Positions 38,763 through 52,619 of a stretch of DNA of 64,000 bases are shown here, one piece after another. The DNA comes from Eledone cirrhosa (taxonomy: Eukaryota). The stretch lies in NCBI GenBank assembly GCA_964016885.1, contig OZ024741.1:406472001-406536000 (forward strand), given 5' to 3'. Position numbers and translations under genes: made by a program. Numbering within the stretch: position 1 is the first letter of the stretch; every line of letters begins with the position of its first letter. A model generated the notes under the pieces. That model was given only the letters and a program-made list of their open reading frames with translations, made no database searches and was not told where the DNA came from.

Positions 38763-39371
38763 GTCAGGTCACCAGTTGGTGCTATTGGTAACATGTATCC
38801 CAGTACAACCTGTCCCATGGTCGGGTCGTTGGCGACTAAACTGGCAACCCCACCAAGGTTTCTTGGTGAGGAGGGTGACTTTGGACATCCTGCAGGACTA
38901 AAAACAAAACCTGTCAAAGGGCAAAGGAGCTCTTAAGAGTCAATGGCCATCCAAAATCACCGGGAGAGATGACCCCTTAGCCTTTGTCAAGGCAGAATTC
39001 TAGGAGAAGGAAAACTCTGATATAACACCTGCAACCCTGATGGTATCCAATGATGTTGAGTTGTTCTTCTTTTTGGTAAATATCATCTTGGTTAAGAGAG
39101 TGGGACTGGCTTTGTGCAGTGCCTTTGTTCACTATAAAAGCTTCACGGCACAGGCATTGCTTTGTATCTGGAGATCTCTCTGCACTTGACGTCACATGGT
39201 ACCATGGGCCCAGCACGATGTGTCAATAATTGTCACAAGTGTAGTGTTTCTACCAGAATTTTCAAGTCGCTGGCTGGACTAAAAAGTCACACTCGTTCAG
39301 CGCATCGGTAGGAGTTCTCCTACATGGATATAAAGTAGTGGCCGTACTCGAAAACGAGTTGACAGCCACTA
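38763..39371 (+). mobile_element. Bipartite non-autonomous RTE-derived element, full length (~610 bp)
   Basis: 5' part has GGCAGAATTCTAGGAGAAGGAAAACTCTGA (RTE 5'UTR-like, from recollection); 3' part encodes a C2H2-like remnant ([22 protein letters not shown] across copies); (TGTA)n tail. Confidence 0.75.
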
Positions 39372-39468
39372 TGTATGTATGTATGTATGTATGTATGTAT
39401 TATGTATGTATGTATGTACGTATGTATGTATGTATGTATGTATGTATGTATGTATGTATGTATGTATG

Positions 39469-40719
39469 TTATCACTTTCTCTTAATTTCGAGTATATTTT
39501 TTTGACCGGCCACCTTCCTGGTAGTAAGGTTGTAAAAGAAAGGAAATTGTCATCCTTTGAATCGCAAGAATGTTTTGCAAATTTTGAAAGTGCCAGCTAT
39601 CGCAGCCATTTGTAGACTATGAATTAGGGAGCTGCGCTCTTTGTCCGCAAATCCAAGTTCTATCATACTTTGGTCCAAGCGGGTTGGTATATAACCCGTA
39701 GCTCCAATAATGATGGGTATGAAGCTAAAGGTGTATCTTGGATACTGGATTTGTAAACTCCTCATCAATGGCCCGTAGATGTCCTCCTTCTTCTGTATTT
39801 TTCTGACAACGTTTACATCAAGTGGACAGCTAATCTCCACAACAGAACACGTTTTCAATGTGTGGTCCCAAACAACAATATCAGGCCGGTTGTGCTTTAA
39901 TTTGGTGGCAGTTTTTATTTTCAGGTTCCACCAGTATTCCTTGGTGCCATCTGTCTCAATATATTCTTCCTCGTTGTTGTTAATTTTGTTTTCCGAAGTG
40001 CGTTCCAGATGGTTCTAGCTATCCCATCGTGTCTCATGGGGAGGTAGTAGCGAGATGACATTTTTCGCAGCTGGAAACAATGTGGCTTACATCCTCGATC
40101 TTTGTTTTACATAGCTTACATTTATTGTCAGCTGATGGCCCTCCCCTTTTGTGCAGCAGATATTTGGTAGGGAGTTCTTGTTCCTGTATTGCATAGAGAT
40201 ATCCCTCAATGTGTGATGTCATAACTTGTCGGAACTCCATGCCAGGCTTTTTGAGTGGTTTATCCCCTCTATGGTCTGTGTTTTACGTCTCAAGTATCCA
40301 TGCACAACTTTTTCTGTAAATTGGTTAATTTTTTCATCTTGTTTGAACATTGAATAGGATCTTCCGATTTCTCTGGGTGAGAGATTTATATCAGGCTTTA
40401 TTCCATATCTCTCCTCACAGATCAGTCGCTATTCTAATGATATTTTTTTTTCATGCTCATAAACCTGGGCAGATGGTTGCCAACCCTTTTCCTCTGTTGA
40501 AGGTGTTGCTTCAGTGTTACTATCCGGGTCTCATATGTTGTTAATATGGATTTTAAACCCCGGCCACCTTCCTTGCGTGAGAAGTATAGCCTATCCACAT
40601 CACCATTGATGTTAAAGTTCTCAGTAACACTGAGAAGTTTGCGAGTTCTAACATCCATCTCACTTAGTTCTTGCAATGACCAGTTCAGCAGGCCAAATGT
40701 TGGCGTTAGAATTGGCACA
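39469..40719 (-). pseudogene. R4/Dong-like LINE family 2, 3' portion
   Basis: DVDRLYFSRKEGGRGL, AIQEQEL, CKLC...HIVSSC and VVEISCP; bounded by (TACA)n. Confidence 0.88.
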
Positions 40720-40901
40720 GTATGTATGTATGTATGTACGTATGTATGTACGTATGTATGTACGTATGTATGTATGTATGTATGTATGTATGTATGTATG
40801 TATGTATGTATGTATGTATGTATGTATGTATGTATGTATGTATGTATCTATGTATGTATGTATATTACAGCAGAGTGAGAACGACGAAATTTAATACAGA
40901 A

Positions 40902-41005
40902 ATGGCTTCTACAGAACTAGAACTGTTTTATTCGTATGAAATCATCAGGAATTCCTATTTCTGATTATTTCATTCAAATGAAACAGTTCGTCACCTAGAA
41001 GCCAT
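40902..41005. repeat. Head-to-head pair of degenerate hammerhead motifs
   Basis: Minus strand CTGATGATTTCATACGAATAAAACAGTTCTAGTTCTGTAGAAG; plus strand CTGATTATTTCATTCAAATGAAACAGTTC...TAGAAG; same family as 29606. Confidence 0.6.
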
Positions 41006-41014
41006 ATACATATG

Positions 41015-41091
<77 letters not shown>

Positions 41092-41230
41092 CGAAGGAAA
41101 TGTGGTAAGGAACCAGGTGGACCATAACGCACCAAAGTACTCAATACTTGAGGTAATAGAGTGGGTAATAGGAACCAGTAAGACCCCGACAGCTGAGCTC
41201 AAGCCGTTTCGACGGCTAATTCTATATATA

Positions 41231-41492
41231 TATAAAGAAAAAGAGATGAAATCGAAAATGCAACTGGAGTCTTATTTTTTTTTTAAATATATATATTTAT
41301 TTGGTTCCTTTACCGGTTTCGCAGTTCTTCTGCTTTTCAAAAGTAGAGTTGAGAACCACAGACCCTCCATCTCAACTCTACTTTTGAAAAGCAGAAGAAC
41401 TGCGAAACCGGTAAAGGAACCAAATAAATATATATATTTTTTTTTTAAATAAGACTGCAGTTGCATTTTCGATTTCATATTTTTTCTTTATA
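41231..41492. repeat. Long fold-back (~110-bp arms) carrying a hammerhead motif on each arm
   Basis: ATGAAATCGAAAATGCAACTG...GTAGAGTTGAGA / TCTCAACTCTAC...CAGTTGCATTTTCGATTTCAT. Confidence 0.9.
41381..41416 (+). ncRNA. Minimal hammerhead motif with U3:A8 core (mirror copy at 41308-41343, -)
   Basis: CTT-TTGAAAA-GCAG AAGAA CTGC-GAAA-CCGG-TA-AAG, then AATAAA. Confidence 0.6.
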
Positions 41493-41553
41493 CTTTCACT
41501 CGTGTAGGACACCTCGGTTATTTTTCAATTTGTAAAAAAAACCTCACTTCCTA

Positions 41554-41587
<34 letters not shown>

Positions 41588-41593
41588 CTGTGT

Positions 41594-41669
<76 letters not shown>

Positions 41670-41748
41670 TGTGTGTGTGTGAAGTTAATAATTCTTTGTA
41701 CATTGACTCCTGCGTTTGTTTGTCATTTAGAACTATATATATATATAT

Positions 41749-42117
41749 TAGGGTGGGCCTTATTTTTCAATTTTCTAATGGTTTAGCTCCCACCCCCTAT
41801 CCTGTTTCAATTAACAAAAAACGAATCTATGTAAAACTTTAGCACAACTGCATCGACCGTGAAATTTTGAAGTTTTCGCTTAGAAAGTCATTTTTTCAGA
41901 TAAAAATTTTTTATCTCTTATATAATCTTCTCTTAAATTAAAAACTTGTTCAGACTTATTCTTGGTATTAGAAGGATAAGTGACAATAAATATAATGGGG
42001 AAGGCAACTTGCAAAGCTGGGGACAGAGCACTGGTAGAGGGCAAACACCTATATTTCGCTGTGGGAGCAGCAACATTTTAACTTTCGGAAAATTACCTAT
42101 TGCTAAGGGCCACCCTA
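41749..42117. mobile_element. MITE with TAGGGTGG(G)CCTTA TIRs
   Basis: ATAT|TAGGGTGGGCCTTA ... TAAGGGCCACCCTA|ATAT; superfamily not assignable. Confidence 0.65.
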
Positions 42118-42191
42118 ATATACGTATGTGGGTGACAGCTGAGAGAAATGAGTACTCGGTATTGAGTAATATATATACATATATACATATA

Positions 42192-42252
<61 letters not shown>

Positions 42253-42253
<1 letters not shown>

Positions 42254-42810
42254 GAGATTCTACAGGACTAGAACAGTTTCATTCTTTAGAAATCATCAGG
42301 AATCTGGGTATCAAAAAATAAGTATGGTATTTATAGGTCTCTACAAGTGGTAGGAGAGGGTGGGGAGCGGGATGGGTGTAGGTCATTGGTTGATAGAAAA
42401 GGGAATTCATTAAAAGCTAATTCTACAAAGCTATAATTTATTTTTATTTTTAGAGTAACAAAGGCAGAAAGAATTCTATAAACAGGTTCAGGATGGGGTG
42501 CCACTCCTTATTAATAAGTTTCTCTTAAGCTAACAGGTGTCTATAAGATCAGTGGGGGTCAGTCATAGTAGATAGATTTAAAGGAAAGGGAGATTCTTTA
42601 AAAGCTAAATTCTTTAAGGTTCTACTAAGTGACAAAGGTTTAGAGAATTCTGTAGACAAATTCAAAATATTGAGTGCATATCATACTATTATCTTCAAAT
42701 TTCTCTTAAACTATTCAACTATATGCCAAAAATCAACAGACACATTCACAAACACACTCGCTCACACACTCGCGCGCACCCATAAACACACACACATACA
42801 CATATACATA
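42253..42810 (-). mobile_element. ~560-bp non-coding element ending in a hammerhead (HHR 42255-42305); inverted copy of 52620-53179
   Basis: Near-identical reverse complement; this copy has a substitution in helix III (GAAACTG versus GAAACAG). Confidence 0.85.
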
Positions 42811-42826
42811 TATATACACACACATA

Positions 42827-42860
<34 letters not shown>

Positions 42861-42863
<3 letters not shown>

Positions 42864-43080
42864 GGTGGCTGCCAACTCGTTTTCGAGTACGGCCACTACT
42901 TTATATCCATGTAGGAGAACCCCTACCGATGCGCTGAACGAGTGTGACTTTTTAGTCCAGCCAGCGACTTGAAAACTCTGGTACAAACTTGTGACAATTA
43001 TTGACACATAGTGCTGGGCCCATGGTACCATGTGATGACAAGTGCAGAGAGATCTCCAGATATAAAGCAATGCCTGTGCA
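42861..43080 (-). mobile_element. Bipartite RTE-derived element, 3' fragment
   Basis: Match to the 3' end of 38763-39371. Confidence 0.85.
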
Positions 43081-43117
43081 TATATATATACATACACACA
43101 CATACACATATACACGC

Positions 43118-43209
<92 letters not shown>

Positions 43210-43235
43210 GTACACACACATATATATATATATAT

Positions 43236-44377
43236 ATGGTGTCAACGGCCTCGGAAATCGGGGCGATCGGCACCTTACTGGAGGAGTACGAAAGGTTTAC
43301 AGGGGCTAAGCTGAACCGGGACAAGTCGATCGGTCTGCAACTCGGCACGTGAAGTTGCCGGTGAAGTTGCTCTGGGTCTGGTTCGGACCACACCTCCAGG
43401 TGGAGAAGAACTGGGGTGAGGTAACGAACAGGGTGTTTGCACTGACCCAGAAGTGGGCCGAATGCAAACTGTCCCTGAAAGGTCGGGCGGAGGTGGCGAA
43501 CACTTATATAGCGTCCGTCATCTACTACCGCCTGACCGTTGTGCCTTGCCCAAGGGAAACGCTCACCAAGATGGAGCGCGCACTCTTCCAATTCCTTTGG
43601 AAGAGGCGGGCTCCTATGGTGAGGAGATCCATCTGCTGTCAACACCCTTCGAAAGGAGGGCTGGGGAGGCCGTGGCTAATGATACGTAAACACGCATTAA
43701 GGCTACGGCACCTCCAGGTATTCCTCACCGGTCAACCGATGTGGGCCCCGTTTGTGAGGCGGACCTTTCCCAGACTCGTCTCACTCACCGAGCTGCAATC
43801 CTGGGTCAAGCAAAGACCGAGAAAACTGGGCGCCTGGCACACCGAGTGTGCCCAGGCGCTCACGGCTCTCTGGTAGGCAGACCCGGATGTCAGTGGAGAA
43901 TCCATCTCGTCATTCTATAGAGGGCTGGTGGTTAGCAGGTGCGACGACGCCCTCGGAGAAGCCCTAGGCATGGAGGAAGACGAACTGGCCAACCTGTTCG
44001 GTAGGCCATTCAGCCCGGGACCCATGAATAACTTCCAGAGATCCCTGGCCTGGCAGTGCTACAGAAAGGCTCTGCCCGTTCGAGAAAGGCTCTACAGACA
44101 TGGGCGCCCGGGTAGGGACCCGTCGAAAAAGATCTGTCCCAGATGCGTGTGCGACGAGGAAACCGTTGCACACGCATTGGTACACTGCTCGGGCATTGCC
44201 GATCTGTGGGGCTATGTCGAACAACTGCTGTCAAGGGTGGGGCCGATCCGGTTGACCACCGAGTCTATTGTAATGATCAAGCCGCCTCCCCCCTTCAAAG
44301 ATGAAGCAGAGGCGGTGTTTCTGTGCGTAATAGCCATGGTGAAAGAAGTTGTATGGTGGACGCGTCTGATGCGCTGA
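43236..44377 (+). pseudogene. Tx1/L1-like LINE ORF2 C-terminal fragment
   Basis: GAKLNRDKS, W..CKLSLKGRAEVANTYIAS, KGGLG and CPRC...ETVAHALVHC (zf-RVT-like); stops and frameshift. Confidence 0.8.
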
Positions 44378-44550
44378 TCCAGTGTGACTTTTTAGTCCAG
44401 CCAGCGACTTGAAAACTCTGGTACAAACACAACACTTGTGACTATTATTGTCACATAGTGCTGGGTCTATGGTACCATGTGACGACAAGTGCAGAGAGAT
44501 CTCCAGATATAAAGCAATGCCTGTGCTGTGAAGCTTTTATAGTGAGCAAT
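44378..44550 (-). mobile_element. Bipartite RTE-derived element, internal fragment
   Basis: Encodes HKCCVCTRVFKSLAGLKSHT on the minus strand. Confidence 0.8.
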
Positions 44551-44749
44551 TTGTTTTCAAGTGGGCATGCTTCCTTATTTAGGCAATTACACAGAGCCCC
44601 AGTCCGGGGATTGTGTTTGGAGGTGGTTGGCTTATTTAATTTTTTAGAATTGTGATTGGCTATATTCCTAGCTAGGTTAGGTGTGGTGGAGTAGGACTCA
44701 CAAATGATATCGTATACAAATGCGATGTCATCTCAGGCACCGATGATTG

Positions 44750-45099
44750 CAAAAAATACTTACATCGGCATGACCTCCAACAACTTTAAGACCCGTTGGT
44801 ATGCCCATACCCACTCCTTCAGAGAACCGGACAAATCAAACCAGACAACACTCGCCTCCTATGTTTGGGACCTCAAAAGGAACTCCACCCCCTTGACGCT
44901 TAAATGGAAAATACTCCAGAAAGCGCGCTCTTACAACGAAGGACACAAGGGCTGCGAACTTTGTATCTCAGAGAGCTACGAAATTTTATTCGCCAAGGCA
45001 CCGCTACTGAACAAACTCTCTGAACACTGCCCGAACTCCATGCACAAGAACTTTGGAACTTTCAAATACTTTAAGCCAGTGTTAAAGCCCGATGGCTAA
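44750..45099 (+). pseudogene. PLE GIY-YIG fragment
   Basis: YIGMTSNNFKTRWYAH..SF..TTLASYVWDLK..WKIL..CELCISE..LLNK. Confidence 0.85.
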
Positions 45100-45338
45100 A
45101 AACGACCTCCTCCCATTGGCTCCTATACCTCCTTCCCACCCTACCCCCACCTCAACCTGAAATACGGCCACTATGGTTATGTGAGTACCTCTTACCTATC
45201 TGCATTTTCTGCCTGTAGAGCTGTTTTCATTTCCCTGTGTATATGCGTATATTTATTGAGTACTTATTTATATGTATGTGTATATATTTGTGTGTATGTG
45301 TGTATATGTATGTGTATGTATATGTATGTGTATGTATG

Positions 45339-45423
<85 letters not shown>

Positions 45424-45434
45424 GTATATATGTG

Positions 45435-45508
<74 letters not shown>

Positions 45509-45511
<3 letters not shown>

Positions 45512-45712
45512 AAGGAAATGTGGGAAGGAACCAGGTGGACCATAACGCACCAAAGTACTCAATACTTGAGGTAGTAGAGTGGGTAATAGGAACCAGTAAG
45601 ACCCCGACAGCTGAGCTCAAGCCGTTTCGACGGCTAATTCTGGACTGCAGTAGTCCAGAATTAGCCGTCGAAACGGCTTGAGCTCAGCTGTCGGGGTCTT
45701 ACTGGTTCCTAT
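45509..45712. repeat. Fold-back element family C; palindrome at 45586-45712
   Basis: ATAGGAACCAGTAAGACCCCGACAGCTGAGCTCAAGCCGTTTCGACGGCTAATTCTGGACT...reverse complement. Confidence 0.9.
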
Positions 45713-47394
<1,682 letters not shown>

Positions 47395-47521
47395 TAGGAG
47401 GTGAGTTTTATTGTAGTACAATAAAACAATGCAGATATCGGATAAGAAGCACTCTACAGTTTGTAGGACTGCAGTATACATAATATATAAGAACAAAAGA
47501 TGGTTAAAAGAGTTCCATGTA

Positions 47522-47588
47522 TTTTATTATGCGTATTTCAAAAACAAATATCATCATGCAATAATATTTGTGTTTTCATCAGATAAAA
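47522..47588 (-). ncRNA. Hammerhead motif at the PLE 3' end
   Basis: TTTTAT-CTGATGA-long stem II-GAAA-TACGCA-TA-ATAAAA. Confidence 0.7.
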
Positions 47589-48519
47589 CAGGAAGACATG
47601 ATATGAAGGTTAACAAACACTTGTGGATAGTGCAGTTTTAAATCAACATATGAAAAGTAGTTTTAGATTGATGTGTGATATTGGGAAAAATATTTATTTT
47701 GAGGGGGGGGGTGAAAAAGAGGAGGAGATGAGAGTAAAAAGTGGAGAGGGAGGAGTATAATGAGGAAGGATGAGATAGGAGGAGAGATGGGTGATAGAGA
47801 GAGAGAGATATCTTTCATAACTGAGAAAGATATATTGTTTTACATAGAGAGGTTGAAAACCGTTGGAAGATAATGTATAAATTAAAAGAATTTGAAAATT
47901 AACGAAGAGAAAAATAATGTAAAGTTAAGGTTTGTATATTGAGGGGTTTAATAATATGTGCGATGAAAAGAAAATGTTAATATGTATTAAGAATAATATT
48001 TAAGGGTTTAATAACACGTGCGATGAAAAGAAAAAGTTAATATGTATTAAGAATGATATTAAGGGTTTAATAATATGTGCGATGGAAAGAAAATGTTGAT
48101 ATGTATTATTAAAAAGAATAAAAGGTAATTAAGTAAGGATATATTGTGAGATGAGCATGAATGAGTTAGATGAAAGGGAGAAAAAAAATAATGAATTGAG
48201 GATGAATAATCTAACGTCAAAAAAATGTTTGTTTACGAAGGATTTTTACAAGGTGATATAGAGTAAGAATGTATTGTATTATGTAATAATTGATTCTATG
48301 TTAGGCAATAGTGAGAAAAAGGTACAGATTAGGGGTTAGACATTAAAAGAAAAAGAGAAGAAAGGGAAGTGATATATAGGAGCGATATATAGAATGAGTA
48401 ACAAGATTATAGAATGTATAATAACCTTTGAAATAAGGTAGAAAGATGGGTATATTTTTAAAGAAGTGTATATATATATATGTGCCTTTGAGAAAAAGAT
48501 TCTAAATTGATAAAGAATA

Positions 48520-49992
48520 TTAGCTGTATACTTTGTGGAATGTTTTGTGGAATTTATGCAAGCAGATAGAAAACAAGTCAGTGCGTCTATTTATTATAGA
48601 ATCTAAATTAGATATAATGGTAAATTTTTCATTTAGACAGAGATTGCAAATTTTGGATAGAGAACTGTTCAAGTATGGAGACGCAGAAGAAACCTTCTTC
48701 CAAAAGATGCTATATTTAATATTTTTGTCTTTCAAGGACCATATGAGCTCTGATAGAGCCGTGTTGGTTCTTTTAAGTTTGTATTTAAAAGACGAATGAT
48801 GGTTATAAAGACGAGCTTTAAAAGAGGTGGAAGTGGAGCCAAAATAGGTGAAGGAATTGGTGTCAGTTGTAACTTTACATTCGTAAATTAAGTTTTTATC
48901 AAGACAATGGTTGTTGAGAGGACATTTATTTTTAACAGGGCAATTGCAATTGCGATTAGAGTGATTATTAACGAGTGACCTAGTGTTATCTATAGAAGGA
49001 ATTGGATTGGAGAAGTTATTTGCGATAGGAATAATAGTTTCTTGATTTAGAATGGGATTAAGAACATTTAGCGAAGTTGTGTTTGACGTTGTATTTGGGT
49101 TTGCAGAAATTAGCCTAGGGTTTACAATGACGTCGGGAGTACTTTTACTATTATTATGATATTCAGTGTTGGAAGGAAGAGATTTGGTATTTAGTATTTT
49201 ATTGTTGTGTTTAGAGATAATGTTGGAAATGTTGGAGGATGTAGAATAGGAAAATTTTATAGTGTGTTTGTTAAATATTTTACTATAGATATGTGAGGGA
49301 GGGAAGCATTTATTTAAGGCACTAAAGAATAATTTAGGAATATTGTTATTAATAGAGATGGAGAAAGGAGCATTATACCAGATTATGTTTTTGTATCTAG
49401 GTCTTTTATTAAAGTTATTGGAATGATCATGATTAATTATTCTACTGTAAGTTCTTCTAGAATTTGTTTCTTTACTATATTTGATTTTATCAGGATAGCC
49501 GTCTTTAGAAAGCGCGTTATTATAGTAATTGGCGTTAGCATCAAAGATGTTTTTATTAGAAGATAGGTTAGATATTCTTTTTCCAATATTACTAACTATA
49601 GCATTCTTGATATTAGTAGGATGGTTAGATTTAAAGTTAACATAATTTAGGTTCTCATTGTTTTTATGGTAAGGGTAATATAGGCCAGTGTCAAGATTAA
49701 GAGATACATCCAAGAAATTAGCTAGTTTGATGCTGTTATCAAATTCAATTTTTAGGTTATGTTGGTTAAAGAGATTACGTATATTGTTCTTAATAATATT
49801 AAGGTTAACTATGTTGCAATTTAAGATAGTAAAGAGTCCATCGTCACGATAAATTCCACCGCGAAGTTGAGGAATTTTCCGACTCAAAGAGTTCAAAATA
49901 AAGATACCAATTCAATCTGTCAATTGGGATGAATCGGATGCTCCCATTGTGATGTCGAAGTTGTTAGAGGTATCGGCTCTGGTCCAATATTC
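48520..49992 (-). pseudogene. PLE RT C-terminal half + GIY-YIG (458-aa ORF plus a short upstream piece)
   Basis: GGIYRDDGL, NFLDVSLNL, CNCx5CPLxxxC, LIY..YFGST..FKARLYNH and CNLC; upstream NNFDITMGASDSSQLTD* is in frame; homologous to the 23929 ORF. Confidence 0.9.
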
Positions 49993-50653
49993 GTAAACAA
50001 ACATTTTTTTGACGTTAGATTATTCATCCTCAATTCATTATTTTTTTCTCCCTTTCATCTAACTCATTCATGCTCATCTCACAATATATCCTTACTTAAT
50101 TAGCTGTTATTCTTTTTAATAATACATATCAACATTTTCTTTCCATCGCACATATTATTAAACCCTTAATATCATTCTTAATACATATTAACTTTTTCTT
50201 TTCCATCGCACATGTTATTAAATCCTTAAATATTATTCTTAATACATATTAACATTTTTTTTTCATCGCACATATTATTAAACCCCTCAATATACAAACC
50301 TTAACTTTACATTATTTTTCTCTTCGTTAATTTTCAAATTCTTTTAATTTATACCTTATCTTTCAACGGTTTTCAACCTCTCTATGTAAAACAATATATC
50401 TTTCTCAGTTATAAAAGCTATCTCTCTCTCTCTCTATCACCCATCTCTCCTCCTATCTCATCCTTCCTCATTATACTCCTCCCTCTCCACTTTTTACTCT
50501 CATCTCCTCCTCTTTTTCATCCTTTCCAGCCCTCCCCCCTCAAAATAAATATTTTCCCCAATATCACACATCAATCTAAAACTACTTTTCATATGTTGAT
50601 TTAAAACTGCACTATCCACAAGTGTTTGTTAACCTTCATATCATGTCTTCCTG

Positions 50654-50720
50654 TTTTATCTGATGAAAACACAGATATTATTGCATGATGATATTTGTTT
50701 TTGAAATACGCATAATAAAA
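50654..50720 (+). ncRNA. Hammerhead motif in the inverted PLE arm
   Basis: TTTTAT-CTGATGA-AAACACAGATATTAT TGC ATGATGATATTTGTTTTT-GAAA-TACGCA-TA-ATAAAA. Confidence 0.7.
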
Positions 50721-50797
50721 TACATGGAACTCTTTTAACCATCTTTTGTTCTTATATATTATATATTTATATATATATATGTGTGTGTGTACATGTG

Positions 50798-50834
<37 letters not shown>

Positions 50835-50837
50835 ATA

Positions 50838-50889
<52 letters not shown>

Positions 50890-50896
50890 TACATAT

Positions 50897-50958
<62 letters not shown>

Positions 50959-51089
50959 GTACACACACACATATATATATATAAATATATAATATATATG
51001 TATGGTGTATGTGTCTATATATATATGTGTGTATGTGTGTATATATGTATATATGTGTATATGTGTGTGTGTCTATATATATGTGTGTA

Positions 51090-51156
<67 letters not shown>

Positions 51157-51464
51157 GATATTAATAAATGGAAACTATATTTATAAAACCATATTTATTT
51201 CATTATACATATTTCAGGGATACCAAATTAAATTATATTACGCAGTTTTGATTGCAGATATGCATTATTTTAACAGAATGTTAAATGCATGAATGGTAAT
51301 CGTATATATGAAGGCATGAATGTTAATCGTATATATTTATGTATATATACTGTGAACTTTTTATAACACAAGGAATGTATAGCAGTGATTAAGAGAAATC
51401 ATTTGCGTTTTGTATGTCTATATTGTAGACCTGAGTAGATATAATTTCTATTTTCAGGACGTGC

Positions 51465-51509
<45 letters not shown>

Positions 51510-51844
51510 TATCTTTGCAGTAAGATAGTGGTTTCTCTAGCAATGTGTACATTTTGGATGCTTAAACTCAAATTTTAGTATATTGATCTCAAGTTTTAAA
51601 CTAAACATATAATCATTATTAAACAATGTTTAATTTCTCATATTATATATTTATGTCCCATTCATGAATATTAATATTTATATTTTTATTATTCATTTCA
51701 TATAAATTGTTAACTCAACTTAATATGACATGACGTAAAATTTTCATTATCTCCCCCTCTCTCTATATATTATTTCTCTCTCTTGAGTCATTCTCTCTGT
51801 CTGATGACTTGATATCTCTCTGTTGCTTTCCTCTGTTTTTCTTA

Positions 51845-52213
51845 TTTCTTTCTTTTTTGTTTTTTGTTTTTTGTTTTTTGTTTTTTTCTTTTTTCTTTTT
51901 TCTTTTTTCTTTTTTCTTTTTTCTTTTTTCTTTTTTCTTTTTTCTTTTTTTCTTTTTTCTTTTTTCTTTTTTCTTTTTTCTTTTTTCTTTTTTTTTTCTT
52001 TTTTCTTTTTTCTTTCTTTCCTCCTGTCTTTATTTATCTCTCTCTTTTTTCTCCATGCATTTCTCTCTCTCCGATATTTCTCCACGTTTTTTTCTTTTTT
52101 TCTTTTTTTCTTTTTTCTTTTTTCTTTTTCTTTTTTCTTTTTTCTTTTTTCTTTTTTCTTTTTCTTTTTTCTTTTTTCTTTTTTCTTTTTTCTTTTTTCT
52201 TTTTTCTTTTTTC
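51845..52213. repeat. (TTTTTTC)n-type pyrimidine tract
   Basis: Direct reading. Confidence 0.9.
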
Positions 52214-52575
52214 TCTCTCTCTCCGTCTTTTTTCTTTCTCTCCGTCTTTTTCTAATTGTCCTTAACACTAAGACTTATTAAAATAATTTAAACAATTCAC
52301 TATCCAGATGGCTTCAAAAAATAATGGTTGCATTTTAAAAGGGTACGTCAAAGCTTATTTGTAAAACTGTTATATATTGTATTTTGTCTGATGAAGGCAT
52401 ACCATAATTTAATTTGATATCCCTGATATATGTATAATGAAATAAATATGGCTATATAAATATAGTTTCCATTTATTAATATCGTATATCTACTCCAAAT
52501 ACTTGTCGAGTGCTTTATATCAGTTATAAAAATATTTACTTGTTGTATCCCAACAATTTTAAATAGAACTTTTGC

Positions 52576-52609
<34 letters not shown>

Positions 52610-52619
52610 GTGTGTATAT

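Larger units (their letters stand above)
47479..50762 (-). mobile_element. 5'-truncated Penelope-like element with inverted ~760-bp terminal repeat (47479-48239 / 49990-50762)
   Basis: RT/GIY-YIG ORF flanked by near-identical inverted arms; both ends lie in TA-rich repeats. Confidence 0.9.

Noticed and set aside
49911-49915. In-frame TGA in PLE RT as selenocysteine recoding (as reported for Naiad PLEs)
   Set aside because: It aligns to Leu in the homologous ORF (QVTDLVG), not Cys; the element is 5'-truncated and has a C-terminal EN. Simple nonsense mutation.
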